Below, piece after piece: positions 10,520 to 21,802 of a DNA stretch of 64,000 bases; positions within the stretch are counted from its first letter, which is position 1, and the number at the start of each line of letters is the position of its first letter. Origin of the DNA: Waterburya sp. GTDB lineage: Bacteria > Cyanobacteriota > Cyanobacteriia > Cyanobacteriales > Xenococcaceae. Made by a program: the position numbers and the translations under genes. The notes below the pieces were generated by a model, which did no database searches, was not told the origin of the DNA, and saw only the letters and a program-made list of their open reading frames with translations. The stretch lies in assembly GCA_965217895.1 (NCBI GenBank), contig CBDCJV010000002.1, positions 4,448,001-4,512,000 on the forward strand, written 5' to 3'.

Positions 10520-11443
10520 ATGACAGAATCAACTTTTCAACCACAAACCAGCAACAGAAAAGACCTCCCGAAACCCCAAGTCTGGATTCGCCGTTTAGTT
10601 TGGAAAATTGCGATCGCCACACTACTTTTGATGGCGGTTGGTAGTGCCACTAGGGTGATGAACGCGGGATTAGCTTGTCCAGACTGGCCTTTGTGCTATG
10701 GTCAGCTTGTGCCAGCCCGACAGATGAACCTCCAGGTATTTTTAGAATGGTTTCATCGTTTAGATGCTGCTTTGATTGGAATTAGTGCGATCGCCTTATC
10801 TGGTTTATCCTGGTGGTATCGTCGCCTATTGCCAAAATGGCTGCCTTGGGCTGCTACTTTTGCCCTATTTCTGATTGTTTTTCAGGGTATTTTAGGCGGT
10901 CTTACAGTTACTCAACTGTTACGCTTTGATATTGTTACAGCACATCTAGGCACAGCACTATTATTCTTTACAACCCTAATCATTATGGGAACTGCACTGC
11001 TACCTTATCAGGGAACAAAAACCGCAGGAAAGCTAAGTTGGTTAGGCTTGAGCGCAACAGCTTTAGTTTATCTGCAAAGTATTTTAGGAGGTTTAGTTGG
11101 CTCTCGTTGGGCATTGCATCAGTGTTTTGGCGGTTCTCAACTGTGTAACATCATGAATGCCCATATTTTAGGAGTTGTTCCCCCTACTTTGGCAACCATT
11201 GCGCTGGTTTGGTTTGCCAAGAAAACTCCTGGCTTACATAAAAATCTGCGTATCTTAGCCAACGCAGCAGCAGCCCTAGTCAGTCTGCAAATTTTACTGG
11301 GGTTTGCTACGTTCAAACTGCACCTTCAGGTTGAGCCTTTAACAGTTACTCATCAGGCGGTAGGTGCGAGTTTATTAGGAGTATTAGTTGCTTTTACGGT
11401 ACTAGCTATACGAGATCAAAAAGAACAGGCGATCGCTCAATAA
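10520..11443 (+). CDS. ctaA: Heme A synthase (COX15/CtaA)
   Basis: AGLACPDWPLCYG and EWFHR motifs. Confidence 0.93.
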   Translation: MTESTFQPQTSNRKDLPKPQVWIRRLVWKIAIATLLLMAVGSATRVMNAGLACPDWPLCYGQLVPARQMNLQVFLEWFHRLDAALIGISAIALSGLSWWYRRLLPKWLPWAATFALFLIVFQGILGGLTVTQLLRFDIVTAHLGTALLFFTTLIIMGTALLPYQGTKTAGKLSWLGLSATALVYLQSILGGLVGSRWALHQCFGGSQLCNIMNAHILGVVPPTLATIALVWFAKKTPGLHKNLRILANAAAALVSLQILLGFATFKLHLQVEPLTVTHQAVGASLLGVLVAFTVLAIRDQKEQAIAQ

Positions 11444-11503
11444 AATCAAAAATACTTTACACTACTTTACACATAGTCACAATAAACTAAAGGAAAAATC
11501 ATA

Positions 11504-12448
11504 ATGACAGGGACAAGTCTAGCCCGCCAAAATCAAAATTTAGCTGAAGTAGTCAAAAGCTATTATCAGCTAACCAAACCCCGTATCATTCCCTTGCTGC
11601 TAATCACTACGGCTGCATCAATGTGGATTGCTTCTGAGGGCAGAGTAGACCCAATTTTACTATTAGTTACTTTATTAGGGGGTACATTAGCAGCAGCTTC
11701 GGCTCAAGTACTCAACTGCATCTACGACCAAGATATTGACTACACCATGACTCGGACACGCAAGCGTCCGATTCCTTCAGGTAAGGTGCAGCCTCGTCAT
11801 GCTCTAATTTTTGCTGCCGTATTAGGCATACTTTCATTTTCTTTGCTAACTTTGTTTGCCAATTTATTGGCAGCATTATTGGCAATGTCTGGCATTATCT
11901 TTTATATGCTCATTTATACCCATTGGCTAAAGCGACACACGACTCAAAACATTGTGATTGGTGGTGCTGCGGGGTCAATTCCACCTTTAGTTGGTTGGGC
12001 TGCGGTCACAGGCAGCTTGGGCTTTACTCCCTGGCTCTTGTTTGGCATTATCTTTCTGTGGACTCCTCCTCATTTTTGGGCTTTGGCACTGATGATCAAA
12101 GAAGACTATGCCGAAGTGGGAATACCAATGTTGCCTGTAGTTAAAGGTGAGGAAGAAACTGTTAAGCAAATCTGGGTTTATACTTTGTTGGTATTTCCCT
12201 GTAGCCTGTTGTTAATGTATCCTGTAGGTAATTTAGGCATTGTCTATGGCGCGATCGCAACTTATCTCGGCTACCAGTTTATCTACAAGGCTTGGGAATT
12301 AAAACAAGATCCAACTAGCAATCAGTTAGCGCGGGGAATGTTTAAATATTCCATCTTATATATGATGCTGTTGTGCGTAGGAATGATTATTGACACTTTG
12401 CCTCTGACTCACAAGCTAATAGGCATGGTGTTTACCTGCGGTGGATAA
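11504..12448 (+). CDS. ctaB: Protoheme IX farnesyltransferase
   Basis: LTKPRII, YDQDID..MTRTRKRPIPSG and WTPPHFWAL motifs. Confidence 0.95.
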   Translation: MTGTSLARQNQNLAEVVKSYYQLTKPRIIPLLLITTAASMWIASEGRVDPILLLVTLLGGTLAAASAQVLNCIYDQDIDYTMTRTRKRPIPSGKVQPRHALIFAAVLGILSFSLLTLFANLLAALLAMSGIIFYMLIYTHWLKRHTTQNIVIGGAAGSIPPLVGWAAVTGSLGFTPWLLFGIIFLWTPPHFWALALMIKEDYAEVGIPMLPVVKGEEETVKQIWVYTLLVFPCSLLLMYPVGNLGIVYGAIATYLGYQFIYKAWELKQDPTSNQLARGMFKYSILYMMLLCVGMIIDTLPLTHKLIGMVFTCGG

Positions 12449-12603
12449 TTTTGAAACTATCTAGTGTGGATCGATAATATGCCATTAGAATTAAAGAGCT
12501 TTGATTATATTTTTTCCACACTACACTGTAGTATTTGAATTGATGGATTATAAATTACTCCTTATCAAGCTATTTACCTAAAAAATTAGAATGCATCTCA
12601 GCT

Positions 12604-12633
12604 AAAAGCCCCAACAAATAAGTTGGGGCTTTT
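12604..12633. terminator. Bidirectional intrinsic terminator
   Basis: AAAAGCCCCAAC-loop-GTTGGGGCTTTT between convergent genes. Confidence 0.75.
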
Positions 12634-12749
12634 GACTTAAGATTTAATTTCAAGAAGGACGTTCAGCCTTGACTAACTTTTACTATTTTTTTTATTTAAA
12701 ATGTCAATCTCAACTGAAAGTTAGAAAGTATTAACAATTAACATAATAG

Positions 12750-13091
12750 CTAGTTTGTATCGAAATGGTCAGCGAGAGTTCTTACACTACGTAAATAACC
12801 TTGATCGTTGAGAGTAGCTTCTGATAGCCTACCTGTCGAAATGGCAGCTTTAACTAGATCTCTAGATTGTAATTTGTTAGTTTTGATTGCGCCAATAAAT
12901 CTGCTACCAGAAGGAATTCTTTGATTTGTAAAACGACCTTGATAGGCTGCTGATACTAAATTAGACGGACTAATTTCGACGCTATTACGTGCCTGTTGAC
13001 TATTGATAACAACGTTTTCTTGAGCCAATAAGGGGGCAGAAAAACCTAAAGTTGCTAATATTGATAAAGTAATAATTGAAGATAGTTTCAT
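12750..13091 (-). CDS. Secreted hypothetical protein
   Basis: Signal-peptide-like N-terminus; 113 aa. Confidence 0.7.
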   Translation of the reverse strand: MKLSSIITLSILATLGFSAPLLAQENVVINSQQARNSVEISPSNLVSAAYQGRFTNQRIPSGSRFIGAIKTNKLQSRDLVKAAISTGRLSEATLNDQGYLRSVRTLADHFDTN

Positions 13092-13362
13092 GATTTTGTA
13101 GCCTATAAATTAGTTTTAGCTTTGAATCATTTTTTACTTGATTCAATTACTATATTGAGCTGGATAACTTAGATGATGATGAGGGAGATCTAAAGCACCA
13201 ATAAGATATTGTTTCAAAAAACTAACCAATAAATCAGCAAATATTAATTCTGTCCGTTTATAATTTATTTGACTAAACCGTTTTTTGAGAAAGCGAAAGA
13301 AATTAACTCTTTACTAGTCTCTTTTTTATTAATCGCAAATTACAGACAAAAATACTCATATC

Positions 13363-13902
13363 TTGGTATTTATGCTTGAGTCTGATTTAATTGTTCTACA
13401 AAAATATACTATTGAAGATATTCCTTTGCTATTTGAAGCTATTAAAATTTCAGTAGATCGTGTTTATCCTTGGCTACCCTGGTGTCATCCTAACTATACA
13501 ATTGCCGAAACCGAAGCATGGATAAAAACAAGACCTCAGCGTTGGAATGAGGGTAAAGAATTTGGTTTTAGTATCCGCGATCGCCAAGGTAAAATAGTTG
13601 GTGGTTGTGGAATAGGTATTAGATCACCTTGGTGCGGTAACTTAGGTTACTGGCTAAGGACTGGATATACAGGTAAAGGATACGCAATAGAAGCAACCAA
13701 ACTTGTAGCTGAATTTGGCATTCGACAGTTAAAGTTAAAGCGCATTGAAATTGTCGCTTCAGTAGAAAATATTCCCAGTCAGAAAGTTGCAGAAAGAGCA
13801 GGTGCTTACAAGGAAGGAATGAGCAGAAACAGGCTATTAATTCACGATAAATTTCATGATGCAGTAGTTTATTCTTTTATTCAAGATGATAACGACCGAT
13901 AG
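13363..13902 (+). CDS. GNAT acetyltransferase, RimJ/RimL family
   Basis: GNLGYWL...GKGYAIEA and NIPSQKVAERAG motifs. Confidence 0.9.
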   Translation: MVFMLESDLIVLQKYTIEDIPLLFEAIKISVDRVYPWLPWCHPNYTIAETEAWIKTRPQRWNEGKEFGFSIRDRQGKIVGGCGIGIRSPWCGNLGYWLRTGYTGKGYAIEATKLVAEFGIRQLKLKRIEIVASVENIPSQKVAERAGAYKEGMSRNRLLIHDKFHDAVVYSFIQDDNDR

Positions 13903-14011
13903 AATTTAAGACCTTGGCGAATCAAGGTATGATTTCACTCACTTTAAATTTAACAAAATCTTCGATTCTGATTTAAAGTTGTTTGATTGAAGCGAGTAGA
14001 ATATAAATTTT

Positions 14012-14839
14012 GTGTGGAGATACAGCTTGGAGTGTAAACCATTCATTAAATGGGTAGGGGGAAAAAGAAAATTACTGCCTGAGTTAGAAAAACGCCTTCC
14101 TCAAGATTTTAAAACTTATTTTGAACCTTTCATGGGTGGAGCAGCTTTATTTTGGCAGACAAAGCCTAAAAAAGCAGTATTGCTAGATATTAATCAAGAA
14201 CTAGTCAATACTTATCAATGCGTACAGCAGAATGTTGAAGCTTTGATTCTAGATTTGCAGCAGCACTACTATGATAAAAAATATTACTATCAGATTCGCC
14301 AAGGCGATCGCCTTGCTGAATATTCCAATTGGACAGACATTCAACGAGCCAGTCGCTTTATTTATCTCAATAAAACCTGCTTTAATGGTTTGTATCGAGT
14401 CAATTCTAAGGGTCAATATAATGTTCCTTTTGGAAAATATAAAAATCCCCAAATTGTCGATCGGCAGAATTTGCGCACCTGTAGTCAAGCACTACAGCAA
14501 ACAGAAATACTCATGGGTTCATTCTTGTCTATAGAGTCTAAGATTACAGCTCAAGATTTTGTTTACTTCGATCCGCCTTATATTCCTCTCAACGCTACTT
14601 CTAGCTTTACCAGCTATAGCAAAGAAGGTTTTGATATCCAAATGCAGATTGCACTGCGCGATCTCTGCTGTCGATTAAATACAAGAGGAGTTAGATTTAT
14701 GCTGTCTAATTCTTCTGCACCTCTAGTCTTAGATCTTTACAGTGAATTCAGAGTAGAGTTAGTTGATGTACCGCGATCTATCAACTCAAAAGGAGATAAA
14801 AGGGGAAAGATAAAAGAAGTTTTAGTTACTAATTATTGA
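14012..14839 (+). CDS. Dam-family DNA adenine methyltransferase
   Basis: KWVGGK, EPFMGG, FNGLYRVN and DPPY motifs. Confidence 0.92.
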   Translation: MWRYSLECKPFIKWVGGKRKLLPELEKRLPQDFKTYFEPFMGGAALFWQTKPKKAVLLDINQELVNTYQCVQQNVEALILDLQQHYYDKKYYYQIRQGDRLAEYSNWTDIQRASRFIYLNKTCFNGLYRVNSKGQYNVPFGKYKNPQIVDRQNLRTCSQALQQTEILMGSFLSIESKITAQDFVYFDPPYIPLNATSSFTSYSKEGFDIQMQIALRDLCCRLNTRGVRFMLSNSSAPLVLDLYSEFRVELVDVPRSINSKGDKRGKIKEVLVTNY

Positions 14840-14861
14840 TCGCGATCAATTTTCAACCGCA

Positions 14862-15761
14862 CTATTGTTGTTTCATCCAGTTAATACACTGCTGTAATTG
14901 TTTTTTGGTGGTATCAACATCACTATGATAACGACGACCATGACCAGGCAGAACCCATTCAAAAGAGTAATTCGCTAGTTTTTCCATGGATTTAATTTGT
15001 TCTGACCAAGAATACCAACAGAAGCGACGAAAAGCATAAAGATTTTCCAGGTATGGCGACCAGGCTAAATGATCTCCTGTAAATAAAAACTTGTTTTTAT
15101 AGAGTAAAACAGTGTGTCCTTGACTATGACCAGGAACAGGAATAATTAAAATGTCTGGAGTTAGCTCAACTGTATCAGTGCCAGATAGCTGAATTTCAAC
15201 TTCTTGAGTAGATGGTTTTATGTCGTCTGAATGTAAAATTCTCTGGCAATTAAAATGCTGTCGGAATTTTTGATGATCTGCCACATCATCTTGATGGGTA
15301 AGATACAAATATTCAATACCGCCTAGATCTTCTAAACGTTTTACCAGAGGCGGTGCAAATCGAGGTGAATCAATTAGGATATTGCCTTCTGGTCTTTGAA
15401 TGAAATAGCTAGCAGCACCATAAGAAGCTTCAGCATGATATCCACAGTGATAAACATTATCTTCTACCAGCAAAGGAAATGTCTGTTGAACTTGTTTTAT
15501 ATCTGTTGGCTTATCTACTGTACCAATAGAAGCGGTAGGGCAAGATAGTAAAGCCTGCATTGCCAGCAGTTTATCTACCGTAGTTTCTGGTTGATGATAT
15601 ACGGCAGAGGAGGATGATTGACGATTGAATACATCTGCTGCCATCCAACGACAAGTATCACAATCAATACAGCTAGAGTCCACATAAAAATTACCGTCAA
15701 TATTTTCTTTTCTTCTTTGTTGTAAAGTAGCCATAGTATAATGTTGTGCCTCAAATTTCAA
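14862..15761 (-). CDS. MBL-fold metallo-hydrolase with N-terminal ferredoxin-like domain
   Basis: CIDCDTC, THQDDVADH, PGHSQGH and PGHG motifs. Confidence 0.85.
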   Translation of the reverse strand: MKFEAQHYTMATLQQRRKENIDGNFYVDSSCIDCDTCRWMAADVFNRQSSSSAVYHQPETTVDKLLAMQALLSCPTASIGTVDKPTDIKQVQQTFPLLVEDNVYHCGYHAEASYGAASYFIQRPEGNILIDSPRFAPPLVKRLEDLGGIEYLYLTHQDDVADHQKFRQHFNCQRILHSDDIKPSTQEVEIQLSGTDTVELTPDILIIPVPGHSQGHTVLLYKNKFLFTGDHLAWSPYLENLYAFRRFCWYSWSEQIKSMEKLANYSFEWVLPGHGRRYHSDVDTTKKQLQQCINWMKQQ

Positions 15762-15924
15762 ATAGAGATATGGACATTATTTACAGGCATATCTCTTTTA
15801 TTTAAAGATCTAAATATTCTTTCATTTTATCTAATAAAGCTAAATTAATTGACTAACTAACGAAAGATAATTTCAGTGCCTAAAGAATGTAACATTGTTT
15901 TAGTAAGGCATAGAGAATAGATAG

Positions 15925-16794
15925 ATGGTTATGTCATCAGTTAAAACCAACAAGCAAATAACAAACTTATCCTTTTCTAAAATCTGGTTATGGTTAGGTG
16001 TTTTATTAATTTTGCTCTTTTTTTCTGCACCTATCATTTGGCAGATACTGACTTCTGTAAAGCTAAATAAAGATATCTCGGCAATTCCCAATGTCTATTT
16101 ACCTAGTAAGATTACCTGGGAACACTACACCGAACTGTTTAAGCGTCGTCCCTTTTTGACCTATATTTTTAATAGTGCCTTGGTAGCAAGTATTTCAACT
16201 ATTTTGTGTCTTGTCTTTGGTTCTCCAGCAGCTTATGCTTTGGCACGAATGAATTTAAAAGGGGAAAAGCTGATTTTGACTGGAGTTTTAATTGTTACTT
16301 TATTTCCCTATGTATTATTATTTTTAGGACTATTAGAAATAGTCAAAATTGTTGGTTTAGGAAACAATTACTTAGCTTTAATTATTCCTTACACTGCTAT
16401 TAATCTACCTCTAACTATTTTGGTAATGAGAAGCTTTTTTCAACAGCTACCTAAAGAGCTAGAAGACGCGGCGAAGATGGACGGCTTTAAAACCTTGGGA
16501 ATGTTGACGAATATAGTATTGCCCATGACTTTACCAGCATTGGCAACCACTGGTATTTTGACTTTTATCTTCGCTTGGAATGAATATATTTTTGCTTTAA
16601 CTTTTATCACCGAAGAAGCAAAAAAAACGATTCCTGTAGCTACAGCGCAGCTTGGAGGCGCAACTTTATTTGATATTCCCTATGGACCGATCGCCGCAGC
16701 TACAGTTTTGGGTACTCTACCATTAGTGATTCTTGTCTTAATTTTTCAGCGTCAAATTGTACAAGGACTAACGGCAGGTGCAGTAAAAGGTTAA
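15925..16794 (+). CDS. Carbohydrate ABC transporter permease
   Basis: EAA-type motif LPKELEDAAKMDG; AWNEY; GLTAGAVKG. Confidence 0.92.
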   Translation: MVMSSVKTNKQITNLSFSKIWLWLGVLLILLFFSAPIIWQILTSVKLNKDISAIPNVYLPSKITWEHYTELFKRRPFLTYIFNSALVASISTILCLVFGSPAAYALARMNLKGEKLILTGVLIVTLFPYVLLFLGLLEIVKIVGLGNNYLALIIPYTAINLPLTILVMRSFFQQLPKELEDAAKMDGFKTLGMLTNIVLPMTLPALATTGILTFIFAWNEYIFALTFITEEAKKTIPVATAQLGGATLFDIPYGPIAAATVLGTLPLVILVLIFQRQIVQGLTAGAVKG

Positions 16795-16866
16795 ACAGTA
16801 GAAATGACAAGTTAAACATTGTTCATATCTGCCAAAAAATAATTTTAATTAATGAATTAGCCCCTA

Positions 16867-17226
16867 ATGTATATCTCAGAAAGTGATAAGGCAATAATTC
16901 GTCAGTTAGTAGAAAAACAGCTACAGGCATTTCAACAGGGTGACGATGAAATAGCTTTTTCTTTAACCAGTCCAACTATTCAAGAGAAATTTGAGCAAGA
17001 TGATTTTATGACAATGGTAAAAAAGAAATATCATGCCATTGTCAAACCAAGATCGATTATGTTTCGCGGGTTTACCCTAGTCAACAACTTTCCAGCGTTG
17101 GTATCAATAATTATGGCTCAAAACGGAGAGGTGACTCAAGGGGTTTTTGTTGTCCAACATCAAAAAGACTATAGTTGGCGCATTTACGGTTATGAATTGA
17201 TTTCTGTTAATGAGAAAATAATTTAG
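16867..17226 (+). CDS. DUF4864-like protein
   Basis: QLQAFQQGD..AFSLTSPTIQ..F pattern. Confidence 0.7.
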   Translation: MYISESDKAIIRQLVEKQLQAFQQGDDEIAFSLTSPTIQEKFEQDDFMTMVKKKYHAIVKPRSIMFRGFTLVNNFPALVSIIMAQNGEVTQGVFVVQHQKDYSWRIYGYELISVNEKII

Positions 17227-17366
17227 ATTAATACAACGAAAGTGAGGAATACAAAATTTTGCCTGAAATGCAGTCAAAACATCTTTTTAATGCCTTAACT
17301 GCATTTCAATATATTTGCTGATAGAATTACTGAACCAAACTAGCAAATTACAATTTAGAAATCAGT

Positions 17367-18440
17367 TTAAACAATCGACATAGTGGGAGATACAATTTCT
17401 TTCTGGTCATCTGAAGGCTGCCAAATCTTACCATCTAGAGCCATTTGTTCAATCAAGCTTGCTAGGCGTAGAGCTTTTAAAGCTTGCTCCCCGCCAACGG
17501 AAGGGCGATCGCCTCCACGAATACAGTTAACAAAATGTTCGATTTCAGCATAAATAGGTTCAGTATTGCTGGTATAAACTTTTTCAGTAATACCGTCTTG
17601 CTTATAGAGTTTTTGTTGTTCGGGTTGCAGATTAGGCTGTTGATGGCGATGAATTAGGATTTCGTTTTTGAGAAAATCAGTTTCAATTAAAGAATGCTGA
17701 CAGTGTGCTGATAAACAGCGAATTTTGCGGTGAGTAACCTTAGAAGCTGTCAAAGTTGCGACTACACCATTGGCAAAACCAAGATTAGCCGTTACGTAAT
17801 CTAGGTTTCTCGAACTATTAGAAGTATTTCCACTAGCAGTTAGCCTAATCACTGGAGAAGCGGATAGTTCTAGAAGCAAGTCTATATCGTGAATCATTAA
17901 ATCCAACACTACAGAAACATCGTTCGCCCGATTAGAATAGGGACTCATACGACGAGCCTCAAGAGCTAGAATATTTTCAGTTTGGATTACTTTACTTAGC
18001 TCACAAAAGGCAGGATTAAACCTTTCGATGTGTCCAACTTGCAAAATACAGCCAGTCTCAGCAGCTAAATTCACCAAAGACTCAGCTTCAGTAATTGAAG
18101 CAGCAATGGGCTTTTCAATCAAAACATGAACTCCAGCCTTGAGACAGTTGCTTCCTACCTCGTGATGAGCTTTAGTGGGAACAGCTATACAAACTGCATC
18201 CACGTCAGGCAACATTTCTGCATAATTTTCATAAAAATGAGTTTGATAGCGACTAGCAATTTCAATGCCTCTTGCTAAATTACAGTCAGATACTCCTACC
18301 AGTTCAGTATCCTTCAATAAGCTCAGGATACGCACATGGTGTTGTCCCATATTGCCTACGCCAATAACACCTATTCTTAAAGGCTGTGGCTGATTTTTAA
18401 ACCCGCTATTTAGCGATCGCCCAGATAATTTATATTGCAC
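17367..18440 (-). CDS. Gfo/Idh/MocA oxidoreductase
   Basis: IGVGNMG, EKPIA, GHIERFNPA and DLMIHDID motifs. Confidence 0.92.
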   Translation of the reverse strand: MQYKLSGRSLNSGFKNQPQPLRIGVIGVGNMGQHHVRILSLLKDTELVGVSDCNLARGIEIASRYQTHFYENYAEMLPDVDAVCIAVPTKAHHEVGSNCLKAGVHVLIEKPIAASITEAESLVNLAAETGCILQVGHIERFNPAFCELSKVIQTENILALEARRMSPYSNRANDVSVVLDLMIHDIDLLLELSASPVIRLTASGNTSNSSRNLDYVTANLGFANGVVATLTASKVTHRKIRCLSAHCQHSLIETDFLKNEILIHRHQQPNLQPEQQKLYKQDGITEKVYTSNTEPIYAEIEHFVNCIRGGDRPSVGGEQALKALRLASLIEQMALDGKIWQPSDDQKEIVSPTMSIV

Positions 18441-18759
18441 TTTATTTAGATAAACTCCTCCACCAATGAGTTGATCAACGGTCAGAGCAGGCTCCGCCCT
18501 AAACGGACGGAGTAATCTCTGACTAGTAAAACTGATATTTCAATTGCTACATAATCATCCAGATATTATCACAGAGATATTCATTGTGAATAACTTAGAA
18601 AATTGTCAAGCAAATTTCTAATCCTACTGTATGCGTGTATCTTAATAGATCTTCATAGTTTCTACCAATAACTATTTAAGAAGACTTCTCGCTGTGGCAA
18701 TTTTTTTTCCGTCTACAGCAACACTTTAGAATTTAAACAATAAGAAGGTTGAGCAAGAG

Positions 18760-19659
18760 CTAGGCTTTAGCCTCATACAGAATTTGATCTGACTGGATAA
18801 CAAAATCGCGATCTAACCAAACCAAGGATATTTTTTGAACTCTTCCTCGGTCAAGTGAAACTAGAGAAAAATTGCGCTTTACACCTTCAGGGCTTTTGAC
18901 TATGCGAGGAACACAGGCAGAATTCAAATAGACAGTATTGTCTCTAACTTCGGTTACAGTTCGTTGTTGAGCGGGGGGATGTTTAAGATGGTGGTGCATA
19001 TGTCCAAAAGTCACTAGGGGAATGGATTTGCCTAGGTTTTGAACTTCGGCGATCGCTTTGGTAAAATCAGGATCGCCATAATCCCCTCCCTCTGACTTCC
19101 AGTCTCGACCACAAATTGATTGTGGTTTGTCTCCTAAACCATAGGGACCATTATGTCCCATAAAAAGCAAAGTATTGTGTTGAGAATTTTGAGCAGAAGC
19201 GACAATTTGTCGGCTTGACTCTTCAAAACTTCTTATCTGATAGCGATCGCTATAAAACTGGCTGTTTCTCCAGGTAGAGCCTCCCCAGCTAAAGGGACGA
19301 CTACCCACCACCGATAAATTAAATTGAGGAAAATCTAGCCCAGAAAAACCAACATGAGCTTTGCCCAATAATTCTAGCTGCTGCTGCACCCGATCTTCTT
19401 GAGAGCGATCATAAGGAGCTTTTTGTCTACCCCAAGAGGAAGCACTATACCAAGCATCATGATTGCCCATGATTACGGCTTTAGGTAGCTTAACCGCTGC
19501 AATTTGGCGGACTACCTCTACTGCTTCGTTACCAAAATCGCCGACAAACAAAACCAAATCAACACCAAGATGTTCTAGTGCCAATTCATCTTGTTCATCC
19601 CATAAATCGTGGACATCTCCCACTACGGCTATGGTTATTCTTTCTTTTACCTGCGCCAT
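18760..19659 (-). CDS. Metallophosphoesterase (TIGR04168-like)
   Basis: GDVH, GDFGNE, GNHD and GHMH motifs. Confidence 0.85.
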   Translation of the reverse strand: MAQVKERITIAVVGDVHDLWDEQDELALEHLGVDLVLFVGDFGNEAVEVVRQIAAVKLPKAVIMGNHDAWYSASSWGRQKAPYDRSQEDRVQQQLELLGKAHVGFSGLDFPQFNLSVVGSRPFSWGGSTWRNSQFYSDRYQIRSFEESSRQIVASAQNSQHNTLLFMGHNGPYGLGDKPQSICGRDWKSEGGDYGDPDFTKAIAEVQNLGKSIPLVTFGHMHHHLKHPPAQQRTVTEVRDNTVYLNSACVPRIVKSPEGVKRNFSLVSLDRGRVQKISLVWLDRDFVIQSDQILYEAKA

Positions 19660-19698
19660 TCAAACAAGATATAAATTATTGAATTAATACCGATTACT

Positions 19699-19727
19699 GT
19701 ACGGGAGAACGGCCGTTCGCCCCTAAC
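19699..19727. repeat. REP-like palindrome
   Basis: GTACGGGAGAACGGCCGTTCGCCCCTAAC; related longer copy at 26493-26535. Confidence 0.6.
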
Positions 19728-19753
19728 TTATTAATTATTTAATTCGGCAAAAA

Positions 19754-20728
19754 CTAAACTGCCCCACTATTTTTATTAAAGACGATCAAAATTGTTTTAA
19801 AAATTAGCTTGAGATCGTATTGCAAATTCCAGTTGTGCTGATATTTTAGATCTAGCTTAATCACATCTTCAAAATTGCGTACCTGAGAACGACCATTTAC
19901 CTGCCATTCTCCTGTCATTCCAGGCTTGACATCTAATCTCTGCCACTCTGGTATTTGATATGTTTCTACTTCTTCTGGAGTTGGAGGGCGAGTACCGACC
20001 AGACTCATATCTCCTTTTAGAACATTCCAAAACTGCGGAAGCTCATCGAGGCTAGTACGGCGCAAGAAGTGACCAATCTTAGTAATGCGCGGGTCATTAT
20101 CGTTTTTAAAAAAAGCTCCACTAGCTTGATTTTCAACCTGCCTTTTCATTGCTTCAGCGTTGGTATACATCGAGCGAAATTTCCAAATTTGAAACTTTTT
20201 GCCCATCCAGCCACAGCGAGTCTGTTTAAATAGTATAGAACCAGGGCTGCTAAGTTTAATGGCGATCGCAATAGGCAAAAAAATGATGATCGTAATCATC
20301 AACCCCACCAATGCTCCCCCAATATCTATAATTCTTTTGACTATAGATCTTACGGAAGGATGAGTTTCTAGATGTTCTTTGGTTGACCATGCTGCTGAAG
20401 ATTTTATGTTCAGTACGTCAACCAAACCCGTCATCGCTAGAGTAGCCATCACTGGAGGCTGAACTGATTCTAAAGCCAATTCAATGTCTTTTTCTTGAGC
20501 AGACTTCAAACTAGCAATAAGTGCGCCAATGCCACTGCTATCGATAAATTTAGTTTTGCTAAAGTCGAGAATTATTTGCTGACGAGCAATTTTTTGCTGT
20601 AATAAGTTGCTGACAGTTTGCTTGAAGGCTATGGCTTCTAAAACTGTCAGGCGTTCAGGTAGTTGTACGATCGCATTGTCCTGAAGAAAGGACTGGGAAA
20701 ACCGAATATCCGGTGTCTCATCAATCAT
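19754..20728 (-). CDS. STAS (anti-sigma antagonist) domain fused to a bacterial sugar transferase
   Basis: [17 protein letters not shown] (STAS); [13 protein letters not shown] and KPGMTG (sugar transferase). Confidence 0.9.
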   Translation of the reverse strand: MIDETPDIRFSQSFLQDNAIVQLPERLTVLEAIAFKQTVSNLLQQKIARQQIILDFSKTKFIDSSGIGALIASLKSAQEKDIELALESVQPPVMATLAMTGLVDVLNIKSSAAWSTKEHLETHPSVRSIVKRIIDIGGALVGLMITIIIFLPIAIAIKLSSPGSILFKQTRCGWMGKKFQIWKFRSMYTNAEAMKRQVENQASGAFFKNDNDPRITKIGHFLRRTSLDELPQFWNVLKGDMSLVGTRPPTPEEVETYQIPEWQRLDVKPGMTGEWQVNGRSQVRNFEDVIKLDLKYQHNWNLQYDLKLIFKTILIVFNKNSGAV

Positions 20729-21023
20729 TAATTCTCAATTTTGGTTATCAGCAAAAGTAATTTATTTGTTAGATGGAGACAAAAGTATTTGAGAAAGTCA
20801 GATAGACTTCAGACCGTACGGTCATCCTATTTTAGTTTAACCATTATTATACAGACTGTGCTTTCTAATTCATTTGGCAGGCTCAACTCAAATATTATGA
20901 ATAATACCAATAATCATCCATATATTCTTGGCTTAATTTTACACTTGATTTAACTATCTTGCTTAAAAGTGAAATCTATTGGCAAAAATATGAGTTCGAG
21001 CTTAGTTTTACTTTAATTCAAAT

Positions 21024-21683
21024 TTAAAGTCTATTCTCTCTTCTGCCGATCGGCTCTCTTCCCTCTTGTGTCCTAGCTTTTTCTCTAGTTGCACTGCGAC
21101 GTAAAGCCTGTAAACGCTCTTCGTATTTTTTTCTTTTGCGACGACTAGGGGTCATTTCAATCAGGGTTTTCAAAGCACTACCCAAGCTTTTATAGGCATT
21201 AGGTAAAGAATAACCAAAACGAGTAGCTAAAGCGATCGCTTTTTCATCAGCTTCGATGGCTTCGGTAAGCGTCTTTTCGCTACTGTTTTTTTGCCAGAGA
21301 CGATATCCTGAGATACCACACAAAGACATAGCCAAAAGCAATAATAAGCCATCCTGTACCCATAACTCCCCAACAGCACCACCCAAGCCAATAGCCAAAG
21401 CCGCCATTTCCCATCCTTCTTTAGGAATAGTATCGTTTTGTACCCTAGCCACCTCATGCCAAAATAGCAAATTACGCTGATCGATTGCTAGACTATCCCA
21501 TTTAGCTAAATCTATCTGAATTTCAATTTCGTCTTTACCAATTTCTTCGCTACGGACGATAGGAGGATTGACTTCCGTTGAGCCTTCAACAATTACCCAA
21601 CTTTGTAATTCAGGAGGAAGCAGGGTTTTAAGACGACGCAGTTCATTGATTTCTGCCCTAGCGGAGGAGGTTGCATAACTCAT
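21024..21683 (-). CDS. DUF3318-like conserved cyanobacterial protein
   Basis: ELRRLKTLLPPELQSWV and LLFWHEVAR motifs. Confidence 0.75.
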   Translation of the reverse strand: MSYATSSARAEINELRRLKTLLPPELQSWVIVEGSTEVNPPIVRSEEIGKDEIEIQIDLAKWDSLAIDQRNLLFWHEVARVQNDTIPKEGWEMAALAIGLGGAVGELWVQDGLLLLLAMSLCGISGYRLWQKNSSEKTLTEAIEADEKAIALATRFGYSLPNAYKSLGSALKTLIEMTPSRRKRKKYEERLQALRRSATREKARTQEGREPIGRRENRL

Positions 21684-21802
21684 ACTTTTACCAAATTAAT
21701 AGTTTAATTTTTAGCAATTTTTCAAGTGTACTCACTTTTTATCATATCTAAATTTAATTATTCATTTAAAATACTTAAGTTATTAAGAGATTTACGATAT
21801 GC

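Noticed and set aside
14012..14839. Dam-type methylase as part of a restriction-modification system
   Set aside because: No adjacent endonuclease; orphan GATC-type methylases are common in cyanobacteria
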